Positions 18,800 through 27,224 of a stretch of DNA of 64,000 nt are shown in pieces. This stretch comes from Desulfosudaceae bacterium (GTDB taxonomy: Bacteria > Desulfobacterota > Desulfobacteria > Desulfobacterales > Desulfosudaceae). The stretch lies in assembly GCA_963674745.2 (NCBI GenBank), contig CAXXDV010000001.1:320001-384000 (forward strand), read 5' to 3'. Position 1 is the stretch's first letter. Every line of letters begins with the position of its first letter. The notes beneath the pieces were generated by a model. That model was not told the DNA's origin and searched no databases. It saw only the letters and a program-made list of their open reading frames with translations. The translations under genes and the position numbers were made by a program.

Positions 18800-19983
18800 A
18801 AACGCCGAAAATGATTTATGAAAAAGACACCATGACGGCCCAGCAGCGGCTTGACGCCGTGGTTCGCCTGGAAAAGCCGGATCGCGTTCCGCTTTCTTTA
18901 ATGCTGTATTATTTCGCACCCCTGCAGGTCGGGACCAAAATGAGTCAATATATGACCGATCAGGCGACGTATAAAAGCGTCATGAAACAAATCTGGGAGG
19001 ATATCGGCCCCTGGGACATTTACTACAACATCAACCCCTATTCCCGGATGATGTACAATTATGTCATGATGATGCGCGAACTCTGGCCCGGCATTGAGCT
19101 GGAAGAAGACGCCATGGCCAAGATCGATGAAATTCAATACATGGAACCCGAAGATTATGATGAGGCCGTCAAAACCTCTCCGCTGCTGGCGGACATGAGA
19201 TTCCGTCTGCGCATGCTCCCCCGCTTCTGCCAGGAGGCCCAGGGTAAAAGCATGCCGGTCCTGCTTGCCAAGATGGCCAAAGGCCTCATCGGACAGGCCC
19301 TGTTCTGGAGAAGCGATTTTAAATGGTGGCGTGACCAGGGGGCCGTCATCCAGATCGGTTACCAGGCGGAGATGCCGTTTGATACCTTTTCCCAGGCCCG
19401 TAATGTCATCAATTTTTCAGCCGACCTGTTCAAACGCCCTGAAAAAATCGGCCGGGCAGCCGAGCACTTGTCCCGCAATTTTGCGGACTCGGCTATCCTG
19501 GCCTGCAAACTGATGGGCGTGCCGATTGTCCAGTGTTACTGCCACCGCACCTCCAACAGTTTTATCTCTCCTAAGCAGTTTGAGGAACTGGCCTTTCCCA
19601 GCATGGAGATTATCGTTAACCGGATTGTCGATGCCGGGTTGACACCGATTCTGCATTGTGACGGTGACTGGTTGAAAAATCTCAAAACCCTGCGCCGTCT
19701 GCCCGCCAAAAAAATCATCATCCAGCTGGACGGGCTGACCGATATTTTCGCGGCCAAACAGGAAATCGGCGACCATATGTGTATATTCGGCGATGTACCG
19801 GCCGCCAAGCTGGTCACCGGAACGGTTGATGAGGTAGACGAATACTGTCATCGATTGATTGAAGAAGTCGGAAAAGGGGGCGGATTTATTCTGGCCGGTG
19901 GCTGAGAGATCCCGCCAAACGCGAAAGCGGAAACCGTCCGTGCGATGGTTCAGGCAGTACAAAAATATGGGTATTACAATTAA
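18796..19983 (+). CDS. UroD/MT2 (MtaA/CmuA-like) corrinoid methyltransferase, predicted selenoprotein (UGA 19903-19905, residue 370 of 395)
   Basis: PDRVP, FISPKQFEE, LHCDG and CIFGDV motifs. GFILAGG-UGA-EIPPNAKAETVRAM continues in frame to TAA at 19981-83, which overlaps the next ATG. Confidence 0.85.
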
Positions 19984-20699
19984 TGAACAACCCCGAAATC
20001 AACCTATCACTACCCGATCATGCAAAGATCCTGTCCGGGACGATATTACGGCTGGGATATCCCGGCCCGGAGGCCGTTACCGGGAACATTTCCGTCCAGA
20101 TCGAGCAGGGAATCGAGACCTGCCTGGAACTGGCCCGGACAAAAGAAACACATCACACAACGGCTTTTACCGGTCTGGACAAAACCGCCATTCGTGGAGA
20201 CGGCCTTTGCCTGGAAACCGTCAACTGGACGCGGCTGGCCGCCCGCATGTCGGGTATCTGTGAGTTGTGCTGTTTCGCTGTCACCCTGGGCAAGGCGGTT
20301 GATGAACGCATCAAACAACAGGGTAAGACCGCCATGCTGCAAGCGCTGATGCTGGACTCAGCCGCTTCGGTTCTGGCCGACCTCTATGCCGACCAGGTTC
20401 AACAGCAGATCAATCACCATTACCGACAGCAGGGGCTGCAATCAAGCGTCCGTTTCAGCCCGGGATATTGTGACTGGCCCATGAAAGAGGGGCAGGCGAC
20501 ACTGGTCCCCTTTCTGGGCCCGGCATCCATCGGCATCAGCGCTTCGGACACGGGATTGATGACACCCCGCAAATCCATCACCGCCGTGGTTATTGCGGCC
20601 GAACAGATGCCGGCGGTAAGCCCCTGTTTTCTGTGTGTCCGGGAGTGTCCTCACCGGCGCGCACCCTACGAAGGCAAAAAAGACAATCCCAGAAAATAA
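19983..20699 (+). CDS. Stand-alone B12-dependent methionine synthase activation-domain-like protein
   Basis: FAVTLG, RFSPGYCDWP and MTPRKSITAV; C-terminal CFLC-x3-C. Confidence 0.85.
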   Translation: MNNPEINLSLPDHAKILSGTILRLGYPGPEAVTGNISVQIEQGIETCLELARTKETHHTTAFTGLDKTAIRGDGLCLETVNWTRLAARMSGICELCCFAVTLGKAVDERIKQQGKTAMLQALMLDSAASVLADLYADQVQQQINHHYRQQGLQSSVRFSPGYCDWPMKEGQATLVPFLGPASIGISASDTGLMTPRKSITAVVIAAEQMPAVSPCFLCVRECPHRRAPYEGKKDNPRK

Positions 20700-20732
20700 T
20701 ATCGGATCTTCTTTTAATCCAGTTTCCGCAAA

Positions 20733-20765
20733 GGGTTCAAGGATTCAAGGGGTCGAGGGTTCAAG
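20733..20765 (+). repeat. 8-mer array (same family as 15471)
   Basis: gggttcaa ggattcaa ggggtcga gggttcaa. Confidence 0.7.
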
Positions 20766-20790
20766 CGTTTGTTGGTGGAAGCAGGGGCGA

Positions 20791-21079
20791 CCCCATAAGC
20801 GCTAAGTTGTTTTTAACATGTAAGGGGTGAAGTCAGGTTTGAACACCGAACATCGAACGTCCAACATCGAATTTTGAATAATGTATTCTGTCAATTCCAA
20901 AAATGTGGTGGACAGTGCGGAAATAGAGAAATTGCCTAAAATTTTCGTCACAAGTATCAAGACAACTGAAAAGAAGAAGAAATAGTAATCAGGCTTCCAT
21001 TTTGAAATTGGCAGAATACCTCATTGGATGTTCGACGTTGGACGTTCAATGTTCGATGTTCATCCTAACGCTTATGGGG
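20791..21079. mobile_element. Nested inverted-repeat element containing a four-helix-bundle-like gene remnant
   Basis: Outer IR CCCCATAAGCG/CGCTTATGGGG; inner AACATCG-type heptamer arms; GTATTCTG(T)CAATT/AATTG(G)CAGAATAC; central mini-ORF at 20881-20985. Confidence 0.65.
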
Positions 21080-21169
21080 CAGCATGGACGTGATTCACAA
21101 TCGGGTACGGCACGCCTTGCTCCTACAGGAATTCGTGATCTGTGCCTTGCAGATGTGACCCGGTTTTGG

Positions 21170-22006
21170 TCAGACCGGATGGGCGGCCATAAAGGCAAGC
21201 AGCTCATCGGCCAGACGATCGGGTGCCTCAATGGCGGTCATATGCCCCACACCTTCCAGCATCACGTGGCGGCAGTCAGGAATGGCCTCAGCCATAATCC
21301 GGGAAGGCTCGATAAACAGGTCGTCTTTTTCTCCCACGACAATCAACACCGGGCAGGTAATCTTTTTTAGCCCGGCCACCATCATATCCGGGTCCTGGTA
21401 AAAAGAACGCACAAAAGCGGCTATGCTGGTTCTATTGCCAATACGGATAATGTCAAAGGCCTTATCCCACATGGCGGCGTTATCTTCTGCTTCGGCAATT
21501 CCCCGGAAAAAGGGGAACGGTTTCTTCTTAACAAATTCGATGGTCTGTTCCCAGGTGCGCTCCTCAAAGCTTTGGGCAAAGCGGTCATAAAAAATAGCCC
21601 TTGCTTCTTTTTTCCCGGGAAACGGGCTTGTGGCCGAAGAGGTATTGGTTAACATCAGACCGGCCAGACGGGAACTGTTTTCCATGGCCCAGCGGGAGGC
21701 CGCAAACCCGCCGGTGGAATGCGTCAGCAGATAAAAACGATCCACTTCCAAATGATCCGCCAGGGCCTCGAAGTCGGCGGCAACGGTGTCGGCGTCATAA
21801 CCGGTCGGCTCCCCATCGACCGAACTGCGGCCATGGCTACGGATGTCCATGGCGATAAACCGGTGTTTTTGGACCAGCCGCTCCGTAATCCCTGAAACAC
21901 GCCAATAGGTCGTGTTCTCTATCAGGCCATGGACCGCGATAACCGGATCACCGGATCCCGTCTCTTCGTAGTAGATGTTCGCGTTGTTTCTGGATAAATA
22001 AGGCAT
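21170..22006 (-). CDS. Alpha/beta fold hydrolase
   Basis: HG oxyanion motif, THSTGG nucleophile elbow, GEKDD and GH. Confidence 0.88.
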   Translation of the reverse strand: MPYLSRNNANIYYEETGSGDPVIAVHGLIENTTYWRVSGITERLVQKHRFIAMDIRSHGRSSVDGEPTGYDADTVAADFEALADHLEVDRFYLLTHSTGGFAASRWAMENSSRLAGLMLTNTSSATSPFPGKKEARAIFYDRFAQSFEERTWEQTIEFVKKKPFPFFRGIAEAEDNAAMWDKAFDIIRIGNRTSIAAFVRSFYQDPDMMVAGLKKITCPVLIVVGEKDDLFIEPSRIMAEAIPDCRHVMLEGVGHMTAIEAPDRLADELLAFMAAHPV

Positions 22007-22046
22007 AAAACGTCGCCCCCTAATTTCTCTTCAAACCAGAGAGTGC

Positions 22047-22310
22047 TTAGGTGGTTAAGTGGTTATGTGATTATGTGGTTAGGTGGTTAGGTTTGCGGTG
22101 CTTAAGATTGTACAGGCTGTGTTTTGATGGGCTGATTTGGCCCGGCATCATCAGCAATACGATTTATCGTTATCGAATTTCATGGCCTTTATAGACGGCA
22201 ATAACATAAACGTAGCCACATAATCACTTAATCACCTAATCACTTAATCACCTAATCGCCCGAAGCGCTGAAACCCGGAGCCTGAGGCCTCGAACCCCGA
22301 ACCTCGAGCC
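22047..22310. repeat. Inverted pair of GTGRTTAN 8-mer arrays plus a 7-mer array
   Basis: (gtggttaa/gtgattat)n at 22047-22092; reverse-complement (taatcacy)n at 22216-22260; cctcgaa/ccccgaa units to 22310. Confidence 0.75.
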
Positions 22311-23041
22311 TACGCCCCCTTCTTTCGAAGCATTTGTCGTTCGTCAACGTATATCCGTTCTTTGACCAACTTTTCCTCAAGCTTACTCAAATCAGCAAAC
22401 ATGAGACCGAAACGGAAAGTGCCGCTGTTGGGCTCAAGGGCGACGCTCCTGACCTCGGCCTGGTTGACCCGCAGAGCATGTTCGTATTTTTCTCCGGGCA
22501 GCAGCTTTATCCGAAGATCCGTCAACTCCTGACCGGTGGCCAACATCCGGTTTTCATTTTCCTTGTCGGCAAACATGACCAGCGCGCCGCCCTGACTGAT
22601 ATCGATCACTTTCAGTAAAGCCGGCTTCCCCTCAATACTGGCCCGCAACCTGGCCGCGGGATGGGCCTTGATTCTGAAATGTTTTCGGCGATGGAAGCGA
22701 TCAATCGCATCCGGCACCCTGAGCAAAACATCGCAGTCGCCGATCACCCTGCCGCCGGAAGTATTAAAGCGATAATGAATTCCCTGTTCACCGATAAAGG
22801 CAAACCCCATTCGCCACTCATCCATGGTACTGATTCTTTCTTTGATGATCTGTGAACATTCGATCAGAAAAAACCAGTTGCCGTTCTGAGCTGTTAATCG
22901 TTTAATCACTGCCAGCTGGGTTAACCCGGTTTTAAACAGGCGGGCATTGAGAAGGATCCCCTCTTTCTCCAACAGCCTAAAAATATTAAGCTTCTCTTCC
23001 CCGTTGATGCTCTCGCTGGCGACCATAACACCTCTGTTCAT
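22310..23041 (-). CDS. PilZ-domain (c-di-GMP receptor, YcgR-like) protein
   Basis: RRKHFR (RxxxR) and DISQGG (DxSxxG) motifs. Confidence 0.85.
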   Translation of the reverse strand: MNRGVMVASESINGEEKLNIFRLLEKEGILLNARLFKTGLTQLAVIKRLTAQNGNWFFLIECSQIIKERISTMDEWRMGFAFIGEQGIHYRFNTSGGRVIGDCDVLLRVPDAIDRFHRRKHFRIKAHPAARLRASIEGKPALLKVIDISQGGALVMFADKENENRMLATGQELTDLRIKLLPGEKYEHALRVNQAEVRSVALEPNSGTFRFGLMFADLSKLEEKLVKERIYVDERQMLRKKGA

Positions 23042-23385
23042 GGAAAACGCTTATTTATTAGCCGGTGGCGAACAACATTCCTTCCGGTAACACAATTTTT
23101 TATTATATCTAATTCACAACCGTTTGTCAGCCTTCTGTTTGATTTGTGTTCAATTTTACGGCAAACAGCCCCTGAATACCGTTTTTTGCCTTTAGCCCGA
23201 ACATGTCATTAAATTTACCCACAAAAAACAATAAAGCGCAAGATCACAATAAGTTGTAAAAAAATCGGACTGTTTTTATGGAGTTTAACCGGCATAATGT
23301 TAAAAGCTTCACCATACGGCCGGAGCACCCGGAAAACGCCTTTATCCCTTGACTTTACCGTCAAAAACACATACCTCAAATTGAC

Positions 23386-24849
23386 ATGGATGCCGAAAAG
23401 ATTAAAAAACTCGACCGCATGTTCGCTCCAAGGGGGCTGGCCGTCTTCGGCGGCGTTTCCAAGCCGGGTGCTTTTGCCAACCTGATCCTGACCAGCCTGA
23501 TCACTTATGGCTACAAAGGAAAACTTTATCCCATATCTCCGGCCGGTGGCACGGTGGCCGGTCTTGACGTTCTGCCTGATCTTGGTGCTGTTGACGGCCC
23601 CGTTGACCTGGCGTCGATATCGGTCCCGGCGGAGGCCGTACCCGATGTTCTTGAGCAATGCCTGAGGCACGGCGTGGCCGGTGCCGAAATCCATACCTCC
23701 GGTTTTGCTGAAACCGGCCAGGCAAGCGGTATTGAACTGCAGCAGAGAATGCAGGAAATCTCACATCAGGGACTTGTCATCGTCGGGCCCAACTGTTTCG
23801 GACTCCATTCACCGGCCGGCGGCGTGACCCTGCTGCCGGGATTTGACTTTTCAAAAACGCCGGGTAACATCGCCATGATTTCCCAAAGCGGCGGCATTGC
23901 CAATGATTTCGGGCATGATGCCATTGCCGCCGGGCTGAACATCAGTAAAATCATCTCTTTTGGTAACGGCTGTGACCTGGAAGCCACCTCACTGATGGAA
24001 TACCTGGCTCAGGACAACGATACCCGCTTTATCGCGGCTTACCTGGAAGGCGTCCGGGATGGACGCCGCTTTCTTGACACTGTCCGTGCCATATCAAAAC
24101 AAAAACCGGTGGTTATATGGAAGGGTGGGCTCACCCCCCTCGGCGCCCGGGCAACTTTCAGCCATACCGGATCACTGGGAGGTGAGGCCCAAATCTGGCA
24201 AGGCGCGCTTAACCAGGCAGGTGCCATCCAGGTAAACGGCCTGGATGAAATGGTGGACACCCTTACCGCCCTGACATTTTTCAACCGTCGGGGTCGTCGC
24301 CTGGCCCTGGCCGGCGGCGGCGGCGCCATCGGGGTTTTCAGCTCAGACCTGGCGCACCAGTGGGGTCTGGAGATACCGGCCTTCAGCGCCGAAACACAGA
24401 AAGTGCTGGCCGGCTATTTCCCCACACCCGGAAACAGCGTCGTCAACCCCCTTGATACGGGAACCCCCATGTTCCCATTAGAGGGATTAAACGGCATGAT
24501 CCGGGAAATCATCGACCGCGAACCCATTGATGTCCTGCTGCTGATCATGCTCATGCATCCTTTGGAAGTGGTTACCACCACCTTTATGAAAATGGCCGGC
24601 GCAACGGTTGACGCATCACCGGCCGAAGAATACCTGTCGAAACTCTTAGCGGCCTTAACCGACATCAGAAAAGAAACCGATAAGGACATTGCCCTTGTAC
24701 TGGAGAACAAAACCTGGCGAGTCGAAGACGTAAGCGTGGAGCTGGTAAGACGACGTCTGAGCAAAGCCTTTCAACAACAGGGGATTGCCGTGTTTCCGTC
24801 GGCTGAAAGAGCCCTGCGCGGTATTCGTAATGCCGCTCTCTACCGGTAG
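23386..24849 (+). CDS. CoA-binding acyl-CoA synthetase (NDP-forming) alpha-subunit-like protein
   Basis: GPNCFG, SQSGG, SFGN, YLEG, SHTGSL (phospho-His) and NPLD. Confidence 0.88.
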   Translation: MDAEKIKKLDRMFAPRGLAVFGGVSKPGAFANLILTSLITYGYKGKLYPISPAGGTVAGLDVLPDLGAVDGPVDLASISVPAEAVPDVLEQCLRHGVAGAEIHTSGFAETGQASGIELQQRMQEISHQGLVIVGPNCFGLHSPAGGVTLLPGFDFSKTPGNIAMISQSGGIANDFGHDAIAAGLNISKIISFGNGCDLEATSLMEYLAQDNDTRFIAAYLEGVRDGRRFLDTVRAISKQKPVVIWKGGLTPLGARATFSHTGSLGGEAQIWQGALNQAGAIQVNGLDEMVDTLTALTFFNRRGRRLALAGGGGAIGVFSSDLAHQWGLEIPAFSAETQKVLAGYFPTPGNSVVNPLDTGTPMFPLEGLNGMIREIIDREPIDVLLLIMLMHPLEVVTTTFMKMAGATVDASPAEEYLSKLLAALTDIRKETDKDIALVLENKTWRVEDVSVELVRRRLSKAFQQQGIAVFPSAERALRGIRNAALYR

Positions 24850-24858
24850 TCACTAAAA

Positions 24859-26667
24859 ATGAAAATTTTCCGCTTTTCCCTTCTGCTTCTCTGCGTCTTC
24901 ATCTTGGCGCTGTCCTTTTCCTTGCCCGGCCATACGGTGGAAACCGATGATAAAAAACCGCAACCCATGGATTATGTCAGCCGGAAACAACTGGGCATAC
25001 TCAAAAAAATTATTACCAAGAACCTGCCCCGGGATATTGGCGTGGGCGAAATGGACACGTTTTTATTCGGTCTTCAGGGCGCCTGGATCAACCGTTTCCT
25101 CATGACGGAAAACGAAGAGTTTGTCGCATCACACCCCGGCATTGACCCGGTTTTCATCAGGGCGCAAAGCATTCTGGTGCGGATCAACCCTTTAATGCTG
25201 TTATTGGGTCAGGTTTATATCAACGAAATGCAGATCAATTCCCCCCGCTTCCAAATCATTCATGACGCGGAAGGCAATTTTAATTTTGATGACCTCAGTG
25301 AAGCCCAGGACAGCAAGCTGCTCAAGTGGCTTCGCGTCAAAAATCTCTCTGCTTATAACGGCCAGTACCGGGTGTTTGATGACGGTGCCCTGGATAATCC
25401 TGTAACCTATTCTGTCAACAAGGTGGACATCCGGGTCAGCGACTTTACCATCGGCAAAGTCTTCAACCTGGATGTCAGGGCCGCGTCACCGGGGTCGGAC
25501 AAACAGAACATGTTCCTGCGCGGCAAAGCCGGCCCCATGGAGTTAAACCAGAAAAACGAACAGATCCCGGTCAACGCCGACCTGACCGTTGTCGACCTGC
25601 CCATCCTGCCTTATCTAGGATATACGTTTCCGAAAAACTCTCCGGCCAAACCCGTATCCGGGTTGATCAATATCAACTTTCACCTGAACGGTGACGCCTG
25701 GTCGGGCATGACCATGGCCGGCGACCTTAGTCTGACCGATGTGGTTTTTCAATCCGTTGACGGCGCCTTAAGCGGCGACCCCCTGAACATGAACATGATT
25801 TTAACGGAACCGATTACGCTGTCTTACCAGGACGATCTTTTGAGAATGGGCGCCCTGGATATGATCATCAACGGCAACCGCTTCAGCCTGGCGGGAGAAC
25901 TGACCAATCTCAAGGGGCTTACCCGGGCGGATCTTCGAATGGTAACAGGCGATCTGGATATTGACGTGGTTAAAGCCGCCTATCCCTTTCTCCTTGATGC
26001 CCTGCCGGACCAGGCCGATTTCAGCGGCTTTTTCGATATGAACGTCCGTTTAACGGGCAACCAGCTGGATTCAACCATTGCCGGATCTATGGATATGGCC
26101 GGGATGACGTTTACGTTTGCCGACTATTTTTATAAGCCGCTGCAGGCGCCCATGAAGATGGATTTTTCGGCCAGGGTCAGCACCAGCGAACTTAAAGAAG
26201 CTTGCGGACGTTTTGAAATGGGCAACTTCAAGCTGGGCCATTATAATTTTATTGAAGACGTCCTGATTCGGCTGCTCAAAAACGCCACCAACCAGACGGC
26301 AAAAGAAAAATTGCTGGCCCGTTACCACCAGTTGCCGCACACAATGGAAAACATCAGCGGCAATGTCACCTATAAAGATGACCAGGCCCGGATAACCGAC
26401 ATTAATATTGTCAACCTGAGGCCGGAGAAAGAGGCGGGCCTTGACGCCGTTCTGGACGGGGTGGTCGACTTTTCCGACAGTACCCTTGACATCAAAGGCG
26501 ATATCATCATCTCCGAAGAGCTGAGCCGGGCCATTGTTGCCATCGCCCCCGAAAACACCGCCTATCTGTGTGGCGATTCCATTGTCATCGGTTTTCAACA
26601 CACCGGCACCATCGATCATTTCAGCCTGGAAATTTTTCCCCGGGCCATACGGTTGCCCTCCGAATAA
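24859..26667 (+). CDS. AsmA-family/DUF748-like protein
   Basis: Signal peptide; beta-rich; PLMLLLGQVYI..PRFQI..GNFNFDDL pattern typical of the AsmA N-terminus. Confidence 0.7.
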   Translation: MKIFRFSLLLLCVFILALSFSLPGHTVETDDKKPQPMDYVSRKQLGILKKIITKNLPRDIGVGEMDTFLFGLQGAWINRFLMTENEEFVASHPGIDPVFIRAQSILVRINPLMLLLGQVYINEMQINSPRFQIIHDAEGNFNFDDLSEAQDSKLLKWLRVKNLSAYNGQYRVFDDGALDNPVTYSVNKVDIRVSDFTIGKVFNLDVRAASPGSDKQNMFLRGKAGPMELNQKNEQIPVNADLTVVDLPILPYLGYTFPKNSPAKPVSGLININFHLNGDAWSGMTMAGDLSLTDVVFQSVDGALSGDPLNMNMILTEPITLSYQDDLLRMGALDMIINGNRFSLAGELTNLKGLTRADLRMVTGDLDIDVVKAAYPFLLDALPDQADFSGFFDMNVRLTGNQLDSTIAGSMDMAGMTFTFADYFYKPLQAPMKMDFSARVSTSELKEACGRFEMGNFKLGHYNFIEDVLIRLLKNATNQTAKEKLLARYHQLPHTMENISGNVTYKDDQARITDINIVNLRPEKEAGLDAVLDGVVDFSDSTLDIKGDIIISEELSRAIVAIAPENTAYLCGDSIVIGFQHTGTIDHFSLEIFPRAIRLPSE

Positions 26668-26736
26668 CATCCTAACCAGTCCCTGATACCCCCGCAATAA
26701 CCGACACTTCGATGGCAAAGTAAAAAGCCATTAAAT

Positions 26737-27063
26737 TTACCGGGTTTTGTTGAATGTATAGGAGGCCACGGTATTGTCATCATTAAAAGAGATATACAGG
26801 TCCTTGGTGTCGGTCGGGCCGAAAGCCCGGTACCTGTAATATCCATAGGTCCAGGTTTTGCGTCCGTTTTCGAGCCCGGTCCGCCAGGGTTCGCCCAGCA
26901 TTCTCAAAAGATCGGCGTTGGTGGTCCGGTCGATAACAATGCTTTCCACCGCGCTGGAAGGAAAATCATGCCCTACCGTGGCGCAGCCGATGGTCACCAG
27001 AAGCATCATCATGCAGATACCGGTCAGGAAAATTTGTTTCTGTTTCATCATGGTTTTCTCCAC
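26737..27063 (-). CDS. SmpA/OmlA (BamE-like) lipoprotein
   Basis: Lipobox-like TIGC; LGEPW...WTY...DLYISFN..VASY pattern. Confidence 0.7.
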   Translation of the reverse strand: MEKTMMKQKQIFLTGICMMMLLVTIGCATVGHDFPSSAVESIVIDRTTNADLLRMLGEPWRTGLENGRKTWTYGYYRYRAFGPTDTKDLYISFNDDNTVASYTFNKTR

Positions 27064-27224
27064 GAAAAATATTGTATAGTATACCCGACAGGGTTATACC
27101 CTGTTATCCGTAGACGGGGCTACCGTCCGGATTTCGATATTACCGCAGTCCAATATGATTTTGCAAAGGAAACCGATATTCGGTTTTACCGTATATGGTT
27201 AGGCTGGTTATGCGTGCTTAAAAG

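Noticed and set aside
18796..19905. Calling this gene hemE or a nonsense pseudogene
   Set aside because: It sits in a corrinoid operon, and the frame after UGA is intact, family-like and coupled to the next gene.
21002..21370. ORFs 21002..21370, 20633..20830, 37402..37986 and 56847..57074
   Set aside because: They are translations of repeat/REP DNA or overlaps with real genes.
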